Part shown: positions 48,985-59,840 of the stretch, piece after piece
Layout: each line of letters begins with the position of its first letter
Numbering within the stretch: position 1 is the stretch's first letter
Source of the DNA: a virus
Lineage: Duplodnaviria; Caudoviricetes
Virus record (IMG/VR): IMGVR_UViG_3300006467_000454
Location: 1-64,000 of that record
Reading direction: 5' to 3' (one strand)
DNA length: 64,000 bases
Notes under the pieces: generated by a model
Told to the model about the DNA's origin: nothing
Database searches by the model: none
Seen by the model: the letters and a program-made list of their open reading frames with translations, nothing else
Program-made: the position numbers and the translations under genes

Positions 48985-49455
48985 ATGAAGAATAAAGAAT
49001 TGTATGAATTAGTTACCGTAATTGGTAGGCTGAATAATTTTGAAAACCTTGACCTTGGGTGGAAATTTGCAGAAATGAATATGCAAATTGAAGAGAAGAT
49101 TGAAAAGATTGATTTCTTGAAAAAATCCTTCAAGTACAATGACGAAGAAAATGAACTTGTACAGAAAATCCAAAAATTGGAAGGTAAGAAAGCTATGAGT
49201 ACATCTAATATGGAACTCTATAAGAAGCTTGATGAAGAGCTTGAGGCTTTATTGGAATCGGAAAAAGATCTTTTAGATTCAATGAAAAATAAAAGAGAAA
49301 AGGTTGCCGAGATTGATGAGTTAAGTGTTGACGAAGGTGAGGAATCAGGATTCAAACTTGTCCCTATCAAACTTTCCCAAGTGAAGAAAGAAGAAAAATT
49401 GATCAAGGCATTATCTACTTCGGATAAAAAATGGTTGCTAAAGGTCTGTAAATAA
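48985..49455 (+). CDS. hypothetical protein, possible fibre chaperone
   Basis: Charged helical ORF after the fibre genes. Confidence 0.55.
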   Translation: MKNKELYELVTVIGRLNNFENLDLGWKFAEMNMQIEEKIEKIDFLKKSFKYNDEENELVQKIQKLEGKKAMSTSNMELYKKLDEELEALLESEKDLLDSMKNKREKVAEIDELSVDEGEESGFKLVPIKLSQVKKEEKLIKALSTSDKKWLLKVCK

Positions 49456-49958
49456 TGGGTGATTATAAAGAAGAAAAAGGTACAACTAGAGTTGGGGATT
49501 TCTTAAGGAGTCTTGGTAACGTCGGGAAACCTATTTTAAAGGCAGCTGCTGGCTTAACAGGGCAAGAGTGGTTGAGTAACGTCGTTGATGGTATTAAAAC
49601 CTCTAAGGAACTCTCTGAGGAGCAAAAAAATTACGCCCTTGAACTCCATACATTGGATGCTAAAGATAGGGCAAGTGCTCGTGAAATGAACATTGAAATT
49701 CAAAAGTCCGAACATTCTTCTTGGTTAGCAAAAAATACTGGTTATATTTTAGATATGGCCAGTATCTTGATAGTTGCTGGAATACTGGTTGCGATTTTCA
49801 CCACAACCGTTCCGGAAGCGAACTCCGAGATTGCTTATTTGATTTTGGGGTATGTTATCAATGAATGTTTAAGCACTTGGAAATACCATAGGGGAAGCTC
49901 TGAAGGGAGTAAGTCTAAAACTTTGGAAATGTTCAGGTCTTTAAGGGGGAAGAGGTAA
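49455..49958 (+). CDS. holin-like membrane protein (GTA 3TM holin-like)
   Basis: DRASAREM......SSWLAKN, then two TM segments and GSS.GS..K. Confidence 0.6.
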   Translation: MGDYKEEKGTTRVGDFLRSLGNVGKPILKAAAGLTGQEWLSNVVDGIKTSKELSEEQKNYALELHTLDAKDRASAREMNIEIQKSEHSSWLAKNTGYILDMASILIVAGILVAIFTTTVPEANSEIAYLILGYVINECLSTWKYHRGSSEGSKSKTLEMFRSLRGKR

Positions 49959-51518
49959 ATGGCGATTATAGAGAATAGATCTACTACAGAAGGGGATGTG
50001 TTAATTATACGGACTGAAGAGCCGATAGTTGGGCTTGTCTCCCTTCTTGGGTTTACTGACCAAACGGTTGGTGAAACCCCACAGGATTATTTTCGTAAAG
50101 AATTTAGATATTCTGTTAATGGGGGGCTAACTTATACCCCATGGGTAGAATTGACTTCCGCTAATATTATGTCAGCTAATGTTAGCAAAAAAGATAATTT
50201 CATCATTGAATATAGGTATATCCGAGTTGGTAATGTTGGAGAACTTGCATTTGAAAATATTTTATTGAATGGGCAATTTGAAGAATTAAATTACCCTATT
50301 TATGATAGGTTGCCATTTAGTGATTTCTTCCCAATAAAAGACCCAAATGTATTTGGGTGGGCTTTAAATGTTTTGGAGAAGCTTTACCAAAAAGGAATTC
50401 TTCCGGATTATGTTGAAAGGTTAGAAACAGGGGCTGTTGACGAAGATGAAGATTTTATCGCTTTCTGGAATTCAATTACAGAATTCTTTGCAATCCTTGT
50501 CTATTTTTCGAGACAATTCCAAAATTTGCATACTAATACAACCTTGTTAAGATTATTTGTAGAAACAAGAGGGTTGTTTACTTGTGATACTCAAGATTTA
50601 GAACAATTGAATTTCTTAGCTTCTAACCTTTACGATGAATATCGTAAGCGTGGGACTAGACAAATAAATTTACCAAAGTCTGGGGATGTTCCTGTTGATG
50701 GTGAATTATTGAGATTACTTTGTTGGGAAGCTAAAGATGAATTTATTTTTGCCCTTACTAAAAGGGGCGAGATGGGCTGGTGCCTTGGTAATTCATCCCC
50801 AATGTACACAGGGGCGGATGAGATTGTCAATATTAACAAATCTTATGAATTTACCCGTGAAGTTTTAGATCTCACCAAATATCCCCTAATAAACAGCAAT
50901 GATATCACATTAGAACAGAAGAACGGAATTTCTATGATGAAATTAACTACTTCCGGAGCTGATGCTGGTATTGGGAATTCTACAGAAACGGATAAGTTAA
51001 TCCCAATTGATAGTGGATTAGATTATATGTTGATGTTTAGGGTTATCGCTGAAGATTTAACGGCTGATTTAGATTTTGGTGTAGTAGTTTTCAATAAGGA
51101 TAGGCAGATTATTGGCATACAATCAATTGTGGATGGTTCCATTTCCAATATGTTCTTTGAAAATCAAGGGGTGAACCAAGCTGATGTAGAATATTGGGTT
51201 CGGGGTATTATTTTTAATTCGGGGAAAGCATTGAATTCTTCGGATTCCTTACCAATTGGATTTGGTAACAATCTAAGGTTCGTTGAAGGTGCAGAGTATA
51301 TCCTACCCGTAATCAAATGTAGTAATTCTACAAAATTTATCAATAGTATTGATGTGAGACCTTTAGCATTACCAATTTCTAGGGGGGTGCTCACCCCAAA
51401 GAATTTTACCTTTGGATATTTTGAAAATAATGGCAGCTTGAATGACGATGATGCTAAACTCGAGATAAATTCCAAACTGATTTCTTATAATCAGTTTATA
51501 AAAATAAAATGGTTGTAA
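49959..51518 (+). CDS. baseplate structural protein
   Basis: ILPDYV, RKRGT motifs; tail-module context. Confidence 0.55.
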   Translation: MAIIENRSTTEGDVLIIRTEEPIVGLVSLLGFTDQTVGETPQDYFRKEFRYSVNGGLTYTPWVELTSANIMSANVSKKDNFIIEYRYIRVGNVGELAFENILLNGQFEELNYPIYDRLPFSDFFPIKDPNVFGWALNVLEKLYQKGILPDYVERLETGAVDEDEDFIAFWNSITEFFAILVYFSRQFQNLHTNTTLLRLFVETRGLFTCDTQDLEQLNFLASNLYDEYRKRGTRQINLPKSGDVPVDGELLRLLCWEAKDEFIFALTKRGEMGWCLGNSSPMYTGADEIVNINKSYEFTREVLDLTKYPLINSNDITLEQKNGISMMKLTTSGADAGIGNSTETDKLIPIDSGLDYMLMFRVIAEDLTADLDFGVVVFNKDRQIIGIQSIVDGSISNMFFENQGVNQADVEYWVRGIIFNSGKALNSSDSLPIGFGNNLRFVEGAEYILPVIKCSNSTKFINSIDVRPLALPISRGVLTPKNFTFGYFENNGSLNDDDAKLEINSKLISYNQFIKIKWL

Positions 51519-53011
51519 TGGATAAAAGTGGAAATTTAAATATATATAGAAATCTGTTTTTAGATGTAGAAGAATTGAATAGATTTTTTGATTTCAATGA
51601 AAACTCTGTTTCAAACCTACTATTCACGATAAATGCTCAGAATTTTGGTGTGATAAATACAGCTCCGAATTTATCTGCGAATCAAAGTTTTTTGCTTTCA
51701 TCTGGTAGTGTTCCTGGGACTATTAGGTTGACGGATACTTCTTACGGTTTGGATAGTGGGGGACAATTCATTTTCCAAGAGCCTTTTGATAATTTACCTA
51801 TTCAGGACACTAATGGCAATGCTATACAGGATCAATGGGCTTGGGTTGTTATCCAACATAAGGAGGTGAAATATGAAGAGGGGATTGTTTCAATAGACGT
51901 TGATGGTAATCTCCGTGGAGTAAACACAGAATTCACAAGAGTTTTGAGGGGGCAAGGTAGTGGATTTTCTACATTTGTGAGGCTTTACACCCAAGGTGAT
52001 GACCGTGAAATTACACTTTCTACGTTGAATAGCCAATTATATGAGGTTACAGATTTGGTAGATGATACCTCTGTTATTTTAAGTGGGGATTTCCAAGCTG
52101 AGAGTAATCTAAGGTATGTTGTTTTTGGGACATTTGCTTTGGGGCAAGATTCTTCAGCGATAGCAGCAGGTGGTATCTACAATTACAATGGGACTAGAAT
52201 TACATTTATTCCGGAAGTCTTAACTGATTTCCCTCCTGTTGATTCAATAACCGCTGGGGAACAATTTTTTGTGGCAAGAGTATTTTGGAATACAACTACA
52301 AACATTGTTGAGGTTCAGGATAAAAGGAGTTTTACAGCGGTGAACCCTTTGACTTCAGAATCTACCACATTCAATAATTATTACCAATTGAATTTTGGGG
52401 ATATTATTGTGAACAATAAAGCTAATATTGATGCTTCAAATATCCCTACAGAATTTGCGGATGAATGGAGGGCAGCACTTTCTTTATTCTCTCAAGATGA
52501 AATAAATAATGCTTTAGGTAATAAAGCCAATCGTGGGGGGGATAATCTCCAAAACGTAGCAACATGGAGGCAGAATTTGGAAGTCCCTTCTAATACTGAA
52601 TTTGCGAATAAAGCGAATAAGGATGCCACGGGAATGAATACAGCCCAAATTAATGCTTGGAAGGCATTATTGGAGGTTCAAGCAGCACCAAGTGATACAG
52701 GCTGGATAGCTTGTGAGAATCCAAGTGGGCTTTCAAGTTTCAGTATTAGGGCAAGGCAAATAGGAAAACATATTATCATTGCAGGGAGTGTTTCATTTAC
52801 TGGTGGGAGTGATACAACCGTGTTTAGATTGCCAAGTGCAATACCAAACCCACCGTATGCAATGGGGTATTGTGCCCATACAGGAACTGGCGGAGAAAAT
52901 AACAGGGCAGTCAACATAAGGATGCTAGCAAATGCGAACACTTGTGTTGCATACGATGCTGATGAAGACCTTGCTATCTACATCAATTTTTCTTACTTTA
53001 CAAGTAATTAA
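51518..53011 (+). CDS. baseplate/short tail fibre protein
   Basis: NKAN repeats; C-terminal DTGW...RQIGK.....G...VFRLP domain. Confidence 0.65.
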   Translation: MDKSGNLNIYRNLFLDVEELNRFFDFNENSVSNLLFTINAQNFGVINTAPNLSANQSFLLSSGSVPGTIRLTDTSYGLDSGGQFIFQEPFDNLPIQDTNGNAIQDQWAWVVIQHKEVKYEEGIVSIDVDGNLRGVNTEFTRVLRGQGSGFSTFVRLYTQGDDREITLSTLNSQLYEVTDLVDDTSVILSGDFQAESNLRYVVFGTFALGQDSSAIAAGGIYNYNGTRITFIPEVLTDFPPVDSITAGEQFFVARVFWNTTTNIVEVQDKRSFTAVNPLTSESTTFNNYYQLNFGDIIVNNKANIDASNIPTEFADEWRAALSLFSQDEINNALGNKANRGGDNLQNVATWRQNLEVPSNTEFANKANKDATGMNTAQINAWKALLEVQAAPSDTGWIACENPSGLSSFSIRARQIGKHIIIAGSVSFTGGSDTTVFRLPSAIPNPPYAMGYCAHTGTGGENNRAVNIRMLANANTCVAYDADEDLAIYINFSYFTSN

Positions 53012-53013
53012 TT

Positions 53014-53568
53014 ATGAGATTATTCTATACAATAACAAGTGGGGTTGATCAAATTCAACCAAAGCCGAGTAATTCACTGGGGGGGTTCAGGTCTTCTTCA
53101 CCTGTCCCAAATGGCACATTTAGTAATCTATTTGGGGAAATCAGTAAGTTAACTGTACAGCGTGGGGATAGACCTCAGTACATTGGGTTGATTTTAAGGA
53201 ATGAAACAGGGGCAGCCGTAACAAATGTTGAGATTTGGTTTGATTATCCTGAGGGGGCTTATTCTACATTTAGAATCGCTGCTGTTGCTTTGACAGCAAA
53301 TGGGCAAATGGAAGATGTTCCGAATTCATATTCTAAACCCCTTAACGCAACATTCTTTGAAGCTAACGGATCAGCTAATCTAGTTGGGGTTGGTGATATT
53401 GCACAAGATGGGCAATTGGGGATATGGATTGAACGTACTTTGGACATTGATTTAATCAGGCAAACTCAAGCTAATATTTATGAGCCAACCGCCGAAGACC
53501 CTAGGAGATTCCAACCTATTGAATTAGATAAAGTGGAAGATATAAAAATTAATATTAAATGGGATTAA
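53014..53568 (+). CDS. baseplate-associated structural protein
   Basis: SLGGF.SS, NLFGEIS, GIWIER. Confidence 0.55.
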   Translation: MRLFYTITSGVDQIQPKPSNSLGGFRSSSPVPNGTFSNLFGEISKLTVQRGDRPQYIGLILRNETGAAVTNVEIWFDYPEGAYSTFRIAAVALTANGQMEDVPNSYSKPLNATFFEANGSANLVGVGDIAQDGQLGIWIERTLDIDLIRQTQANIYEPTAEDPRRFQPIELDKVEDIKINIKWD

Positions 53569-53601
53569 TTCCCGTTTAATATTTTTATTAACTTTACTTT
53601 T

Positions 53602-54123
53602 ATGAAGCAAAAAATCGTAACATTGTACCAGATATTTGTTCGGTACACATCCGGAAACTTTCTCTATTATTTCTCCCCATCCAAAAGGGAAGAAACGATG
53701 ATATTGAATTTCGTCACAACCTTTGCAAAGGATTATGACGATGATTCATTATTTGATTATTTCACATTCCAATTTTTTAGGTATAATGATATTGAAACTA
53801 AGTTCGACAGGGTAATGTTGAATTGGGTTATTGGGAAGGCAGCAATTGAAAAATGGAATAAGAAAAGTGATAGCCATTTATTTAAGGCGAAAGAATTTGC
53901 TTATAAAAATGGGATTCAAAACCCATTTAGGGATACTAAGATAAAAAAGAGTAAATCTGAGGGATTTACCTTAGGAGATACCCCCTTTTATAATCGTGAA
54001 CGGAAAAGGTTCTACGGGAAGAAAAGGGGTTTGATACATTGTATAGAAATGGGGCTTTTTAATTCAGAATTGGATATTTGTAAAAAGTGCCCTAATTTTA
54101 AAGTTTGCGATGGTCAAGTATGA
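53602..54123 (+). CDS. hypothetical protein with C-terminal Cys cluster
   Basis: C...CKKC....C. Confidence 0.6.
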   Translation: MKQKIVTLYQIFVRYTSGNFLYYFSPSKREETMILNFVTTFAKDYDDDSLFDYFTFQFFRYNDIETKFDRVMLNWVIGKAAIEKWNKKSDSHLFKAKEFAYKNGIQNPFRDTKIKKSKSEGFTLGDTPFYNRERKRFYGKKRGLIHCIEMGLFNSELDICKKCPNFKVCDGQV

Positions 54124-54604
54124 AGAAGAACCGTGTGCCTGTGGAAACCATTATATCCAAAACAGGACAAAGTGGCTTTGCTCAGATTGTGTTTATAAAA
54201 GGAACCATGGGGGGAAGGCCAGAAGAGAGGTAGCTCTAGAAAAGGAAAAAGAAAAACAGATTAATTTTAAAAATAAAAAGCGAAAGAAAAATAAGAAGAA
54301 ATCATCAAAGAAAAAGAAGGAGCCTACGGGGGAATATGATTTGTTTTTGGTGATTTGGGGAGAGCGAGAGCATATTTGCCATAATTGTAAGATGAACCTA
54401 GATAGGTTTGTTGATACGGAGACTGGTAATCCCTCTGCTATGTTATTCATGCATATGGTTAGTAAAGGGGCAAATGGGAGATTGAGGTTGAAAAAGAAAA
54501 ATATAAAATTGGGTTGCCCAGAATGCCATTATGCTCATGATCACCAAGGGAAGAAGGCATTTAAGAAACGCAAAAATCTGTATAAAAATGAACAAATATT
54601 TTAG
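54110..54604 (+). CDS. HNH/NinG-like zinc-binding nuclease
   Basis: CHNC...H..SKGA...LRL...NI.LGCPECH...D. Confidence 0.65.
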   Translation: MVKYEEEPCACGNHYIQNRTKWLCSDCVYKRNHGGKARREVALEKEKEKQINFKNKKRKKNKKKSSKKKKEPTGEYDLFLVIWGEREHICHNCKMNLDRFVDTETGNPSAMLFMHMVSKGANGRLRLKKKNIKLGCPECHYAHDHQGKKAFKKRKNLYKNEQIF

Positions 54605-55133
54605 GAGCGCAGTAGATAGGTTTAATAAAAAGTTTAAGAAAGAATCTTTCATTAGCCCTATTTCTGAGAAGGATGTCAAAATTATTGAGTATATTAAAGT
54701 TGCATTGGAAGAATCTCCTGCATACGGGGGGTTGATTGCCATTTTAGATGAATGGAAAGGGATTGCAGATGAAGAAATACTTGGGAATGTTGAGAATTGG
54801 CTTGTAGAAACTTCTGGGGATGATGAAGAAGAGGGAGAGGAAAAGGAAGAAAGTAAACTTGAAAAGATGCTCAAACGACCCCCAATTGTTGTTTTAAATG
54901 GGGAGCGTATCCAACTACAACTTATCTACAGTTATGCTAAGTATGAACTTTATGATGATAATGGGGATTTTGATAGCTATTGTATAAAGCTAAATGAAAC
55001 CCCAGAGGAAGTGAAAAGAATTCCTCTCTTTGCCAACTATCTAGTTAAATTCTACGATGAAGATTTAAGGGATGAAACAATTGAAAAATTAGATAAATGG
55101 TTCAAAGAGTTTAATACTAATATTTTAAAATAA
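54588..55133 (+). CDS. hypothetical protein
   Basis: ATG 54588 is the probable start. Confidence 0.6.
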   Translation: MNKYFRSAVDRFNKKFKKESFISPISEKDVKIIEYIKVALEESPAYGGLIAILDEWKGIADEEILGNVENWLVETSGDDEEEGEEKEESKLEKMLKRPPIVVLNGERIQLQLIYSYAKYELYDDNGDFDSYCIKLNETPEEVKRIPLFANYLVKFYDEDLRDETIEKLDKWFKEFNTNILK

Positions 55134-55137
55134 TTTT

Positions 55138-55797
55138 ATGTATTCACCGTATCAAAATTTTGCTGTGGTCGATGTCGAAACGGGAGGGCTCCTGACTAAG
55201 GAGAAGAAAGCCGTGTATGATATCGCTCTCACAGAGATCGCAATAGTTATTGTTGATAGCAATTTGGAAATAGTCCATAAGGATAGTTGGTTGATAAAGC
55301 CTTATAATGATGCTGAGTATCAGCCAGGAGCGGAAAAGGTGTCCGGAATATCTAAAAAGATGTGTGAGGAAGATGGTGTCGATATTGAATTTGCTTGTAA
55401 AGAATTCATAAAGGTAGCCAAGAAATATAAGGTTCATTCCAAGCCACCTACTTTAGTTGGGCATAATTATATCAAGTTTGATAAGTTTTTTGTTGAGAAT
55501 TTCTTAGCTTATTGTGGGGAAGATATCAACAAGTATTTCAATAAAGAACCTGAGGATACCATTAAATTTGCTAGGATGAAAAAGCCTGAGGCAAGTGGGT
55601 ATAGCTTAGGGGAAAGTTGTGTTGGTGCAGAAATTAATTTGGTACAAGCCCACAGGGCATTGCCAGATACGATAGCAACAGCAGAGCTTTGGATTTCCTA
55701 CCTAAAGGGATTAAGGGGGCTGAATTCTCCTAAAAAGTCCAAAAAAGGTAAAAAGGAAAAACCAGAAAAACGGTTTAGACAAAAATTTGAAATTTAA
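55138..55797 (+). CDS. DEDDh 3'-5' exonuclease (DnaQ-like)
   Basis: VVDVETGG, VGHN...FD, AHRALPD. Confidence 0.9.
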   Translation: MYSPYQNFAVVDVETGGLLTKEKKAVYDIALTEIAIVIVDSNLEIVHKDSWLIKPYNDAEYQPGAEKVSGISKKMCEEDGVDIEFACKEFIKVAKKYKVHSKPPTLVGHNYIKFDKFFVENFLAYCGEDINKYFNKEPEDTIKFARMKKPEASGYSLGESCVGAEINLVQAHRALPDTIATAELWISYLKGLRGLNSPKKSKKGKKEKPEKRFRQKFEI

Positions 55798-57464
55798 TGC
55801 TAATTCCCCCAACACTGTCTACAGTTCAGTTACATAATTCTTTCAATTATGCGGAAGATATTGTAAAGAATTTGTCCGACAAAGCAATTACAGAATTGCT
55901 AGAGGGGTACGGCAATGACATAGATAAACTATTAGATTCTATATTGGTTGAAACAAATAATATTATTAATTTTAACCACGAAAAAATAGAATCAAGCAAT
56001 CTTCACTACCTATCACATTTAGAGCAATCTATGCATAGTGAGTTGAAGAGGGTTTGCTACAATTATTTTAAAACAACTTGCCTCCCAGAATTTGATCAAA
56101 ACTGGAGAAATTTAGAATGGGGGAATATGGCTCAGCTTTATTCCCATTTAGGTTTATTGGCAAGCCGTTCTTCCGGAAAAAGTTATGAATTTAGTTTAGC
56201 TTATCCGATATGGAAAATGTATAGGTATCGTCGCCCAAATATGGGTCGTGATACTTATGACAATAAAATGTCAAAGGAAGGGGTAATTGTAACAAATGCT
56301 TTGAATTTAGGTAGAAAGCTCTTATCTAAGATTAATGAGGAAATCATGGTAAATGATATTCTTCGTGAAGAATTAGTTGGGGTAAAAAGGTCAGAATCAC
56401 AATTAGGTGCTGATAAAATTATCACAAAGAAAGGCTCAATGGTTGAACTTAGGTCTTTCGGGAACTCTATTCGTGGTTTGCACCCAGGATGGATAGTCGT
56501 AGATGATTTCCTTGATAAATCAGCTATCTATTCCCAGGAGCAAAGGGAAAAATTTAAAGAGGTTTTCACAGCGGAAATTATGCCCGCATTGGAACCTAAA
56601 GGGAATATAATCGTAGTAGGTACACCATTTCACCCAGAGGACTTGTATGGTCTTGTATTAAGGAAAGATGGTCGCTTCATGCTGTTTGAATATCCTTCAA
56701 TTTTCCCTGATGGAAGATTATTAGCACCTGACCGTTATGACTACGATAAGTTGATGCAAGAAAAGAATACTCTTGGGTCAATGGTTTTTGCTCGTGAGTA
56801 TTTGATTACACCGATTTCAGATACTTCTTCTATTTTCCCTTGGGAATTTCTTAAGAAGTCATTTATCGGGATGGAGAATATCAACTTTGCTGATAATATT
56901 TCATCATATCCAATAAAGCTGAAACGTGTTATCACGGCGTGTGACCTTGCAATTACTGGTAATGTAGGTGGTGACTATTGTGCTTTTATTACTTTAGGGG
57001 TTGATAATGATAATAATATCTATATCATTAACGTTTGGCATAAACACGGTGCTTCTTACGATGAGCAAATTAATCAAATTGCAAGCATCAATCAAAGGTT
57101 TAAGCCTAATAAAATTGTAATAGAAAATAATGGCTTCCAAAGAGTAATCGCTGATTTAGCAAGGAATATGGGGTTAAAGAATATCTCAGAATTCCATCAA
57201 GGTACTTTGAAGAAAGATTTAAGAGAAGGATTTCCAGCATTGAGTGCAACGTTTGAGAGGGGTGCTATAAAAATCCCATATAAGGATGGGGCAACTCGCA
57301 ACATGGCAAGTGTACTATGTAGGGAATTAAATTCGATAACTTTCCATGAGGATAGTGGTAAGCTAGAAGCAGCGTCAGGGCATGATGATTTAGCCCATGC
57401 ACTTTATATTGGATTCCATGAATTAATTTTCAATAAACGGAATATTAATTTCCATTTAATTTAA
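55797..57464 (+). CDS. terminase large subunit
   Basis: ASRSSGKS, IRGLHP..IVVDD, VVGTP, FAREY, ACDLA, IENNGFQ, GHDD. Confidence 0.92.
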   Translation: MLIPPTLSTVQLHNSFNYAEDIVKNLSDKAITELLEGYGNDIDKLLDSILVETNNIINFNHEKIESSNLHYLSHLEQSMHSELKRVCYNYFKTTCLPEFDQNWRNLEWGNMAQLYSHLGLLASRSSGKSYEFSLAYPIWKMYRYRRPNMGRDTYDNKMSKEGVIVTNALNLGRKLLSKINEEIMVNDILREELVGVKRSESQLGADKIITKKGSMVELRSFGNSIRGLHPGWIVVDDFLDKSAIYSQEQREKFKEVFTAEIMPALEPKGNIIVVGTPFHPEDLYGLVLRKDGRFMLFEYPSIFPDGRLLAPDRYDYDKLMQEKNTLGSMVFAREYLITPISDTSSIFPWEFLKKSFIGMENINFADNISSYPIKLKRVITACDLAITGNVGGDYCAFITLGVDNDNNIYIINVWHKHGASYDEQINQIASINQRFKPNKIVIENNGFQRVIADLARNMGLKNISEFHQGTLKKDLREGFPALSATFERGAIKIPYKDGATRNMASVLCRELNSITFHEDSGKLEAASGHDDLAHALYIGFHELIFNKRNINFHLI

Positions 57465-57473
57465 AATCGTAAT

Positions 57474-58853
57474 ATGAATTTAACGGATTCGTTTTTGGAT
57501 GAGATTTTCAAATTGTGCTTTATAAAGAAGCCTATTATGGAAATTGTAAATTCTCAACTAGAATATGAGTACATCCCAGTAGAGCTAAAGGAATATAAAT
57601 TCATTCTTAAATCCATTAAGAATTTTTATAGCCTGAATAATGCCCTACCTTCAATTGGGGTGGTTAGCCAACAATTCAGCACTAAGCCTGAAATCCAGAA
57701 TGCCTTGAAAAAGATTCAAGATGCCAAGGTTGCTGATGATTTTGCAATCCTTACACAATTGCAAAAATTTATCCAAGATAGCAAATTACAGTTATTGATA
57801 GAAGATGTTGTTGAAACATATAATAATGATCAAACAGATTTAGCTTTTAGGAAATTATCGGATGGTGTTGAAAGTGTAAACAAAGTTGCAATAGGTGTCA
57901 TGAAAGATCAGTTCATGAAAGTGTTTGCTGATTTTGACCATGATATGAAAGAAAATAGGGAGGAATCCGAAGAAGGTAATTATTATGAAGATAAAGTGCC
58001 TTTTGGGATTACTCCCTTAGATATGCTTACAGATGGAGGGTTAGATAAAGAAGATATCGCCCTTTGGATTATGCGTTCTGGGGTTGGTAAATCAACGGCT
58101 TTAAAACATTCTGGAATGTACGCTTGTAGATTAGGATATAATGTTTTACATATACAAGCAGAGGGCACTAAAAAAGAATGCAAAGTGAAATATAACCAAG
58201 TATGGTCTGGGCTTACATTTAGGCAAATTCAAACTGGTGATATTCCTGTTAAAAAATATAAGAAAATTCAGAAGGCTCTACAAAAATTAAAGGCTAAGAA
58301 AAGGGAATTATCCGTTTATGCCTTTGAGCAATTTGGGGAGCCGTCAATGCTTGATATCCGAGAAATTGTGTTTGATTATTTTAAGGTGAACGGCTTCTTT
58401 CCGGATTTATTAATTATCGATTCCCTTGACCTTATCCATCCTGGAGATGGGTTGAAGTATGGTGTAGATACTCAGTCAATAAAAATGAAGCTTCAAAATA
58501 CGGCTAAGAAAATGAAGAACTTGGCTGTTGAGGTTGGGACTAGGGTGTTAACAGCCACACAAACAAGTGATATCGCTGAGCAAGTATGGAATGATAAGAA
58601 TAAAGTGATTACCCGTTCAAATACAATGGGGGACCGAAATCTTGTAAATCCATTTAGTTATGTATTCACAGGCAATCAGACTAGGGAAGAGAGGAAGAAG
58701 AAACAGATGAGGATCTACGTTGATAAGTTAAGGAATTATGATACTAAAGGTGCTATCTATCCTATTGTGACTAATTATGGCCAAGGTAGGTTCTTTAACG
58801 TCAAGAAATCTTTTGAATTATTCCAAGAAGAGTATGAAGAAATTGCGGCTTGA
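57474..58853 (+). CDS. DnaB-like replicative helicase
   Basis: RSGVGKS Walker A, HIQAEG, LIIDSLDL, TATQ, VDKLRN. Confidence 0.88.
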   Translation: MNLTDSFLDEIFKLCFIKKPIMEIVNSQLEYEYIPVELKEYKFILKSIKNFYSLNNALPSIGVVSQQFSTKPEIQNALKKIQDAKVADDFAILTQLQKFIQDSKLQLLIEDVVETYNNDQTDLAFRKLSDGVESVNKVAIGVMKDQFMKVFADFDHDMKENREESEEGNYYEDKVPFGITPLDMLTDGGLDKEDIALWIMRSGVGKSTALKHSGMYACRLGYNVLHIQAEGTKKECKVKYNQVWSGLTFRQIQTGDIPVKKYKKIQKALQKLKAKKRELSVYAFEQFGEPSMLDIREIVFDYFKVNGFFPDLLIIDSLDLIHPGDGLKYGVDTQSIKMKLQNTAKKMKNLAVEVGTRVLTATQTSDIAEQVWNDKNKVITRSNTMGDRNLVNPFSYVFTGNQTREERKKKQMRIYVDKLRNYDTKGAIYPIVTNYGQGRFFNVKKSFELFQEEYEEIAA

Positions 58854-59838
58854 GAAAATTAGGGAATTTTATGGCTTGAGGCTATTCGGCCAGAAGGGGT
58901 GGTTATATAATCCACACTTCAATTGTGTTAGCTGCGGTAAGCATGGTAAATTTGGATTCAAGATCAGTAAAAAGGGCGGTGTTGTGCATTGCTTTAAATG
59001 TGAATTCAAAACTTCTATATTCAAGTTCTTAAAAGAACAGGGGAAAGAAGATTTTATCATTTATGATAGGGAAAGGTCATTAAAAGAAAAGCTACCTAAC
59101 ATAAATACGGAAACTCAGGTTGAAAGAAAAGAATTAAAAGAGGTTGATTTACCATTAGGGTTTAAACGGTTGAAACAAGATGATTACCTTGATAGTCGTG
59201 GATTTCAACCTTGGCAATATAAGCAATTCAAAGTTGGGGAAACAGACTCTATTCTAGAAGAAAAATTGAATGATGGGTTGATATTCCAAATATTTCAAAA
59301 GGGGAAAAGGGTTGCTTGGCTATTCCGGAGTAGGAAAGATAAAGATTGGCATGAAGAAAATATTCAACGGGCTAAACTCGGGAATGAAAAATTGGTCCTA
59401 AGATATCGGAATAGTGATGATACTGATTTTGATGGTATTTTAGGTGGTGTGGATGAAATCAAAAAGAAAACAAAAAGATTAATATTAGTTGAAGGGCTAT
59501 TTGATAAAGCAAATGTGGATAAACTCTTGAAGTTGAATGAGCGGAAAGATATGAAATGTTGTTTTACATTTGGGAACAAAGTATCAGATGAACAGATAAG
59601 ATTAATAGAAGAAACCAACGTTGAGGAGATAATTTTGATGTATGATCCTGGGACAATAAAACAGATTAAAACTTATTCCTCAAGGCTTTCAAAAAAATTT
59701 AAGGTGTGGGTGGCTGAGATTAAGGGAGATGACATAGATCCTGGAAATATTAGTTTAAAATACTTAGAAGAAATTATGAACAATCTAGTTGATTTTTTAT
59801 ATTTTTATAAAAATCGGATAGACTTAAAATTTAAGTGA
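58834..59838 (+). CDS. DNA primase
   Basis: CVSC...HCFKC zinc finger, YL.SRG, TOPRIM LVEGLFD, MYD, DPG. Confidence 0.88.
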   Translation: MKKLRLEKIREFYGLRLFGQKGWLYNPHFNCVSCGKHGKFGFKISKKGGVVHCFKCEFKTSIFKFLKEQGKEDFIIYDRERSLKEKLPNINTETQVERKELKEVDLPLGFKRLKQDDYLDSRGFQPWQYKQFKVGETDSILEEKLNDGLIFQIFQKGKRVAWLFRSRKDKDWHEENIQRAKLGNEKLVLRYRNSDDTDFDGILGGVDEIKKKTKRLILVEGLFDKANVDKLLKLNERKDMKCCFTFGNKVSDEQIRLIEETNVEEIILMYDPGTIKQIKTYSSRLSKKFKVWVAEIKGDDIDPGNISLKYLEEIMNNLVDFLYFYKNRIDLKFK

Positions 59839-59840
59839 AT

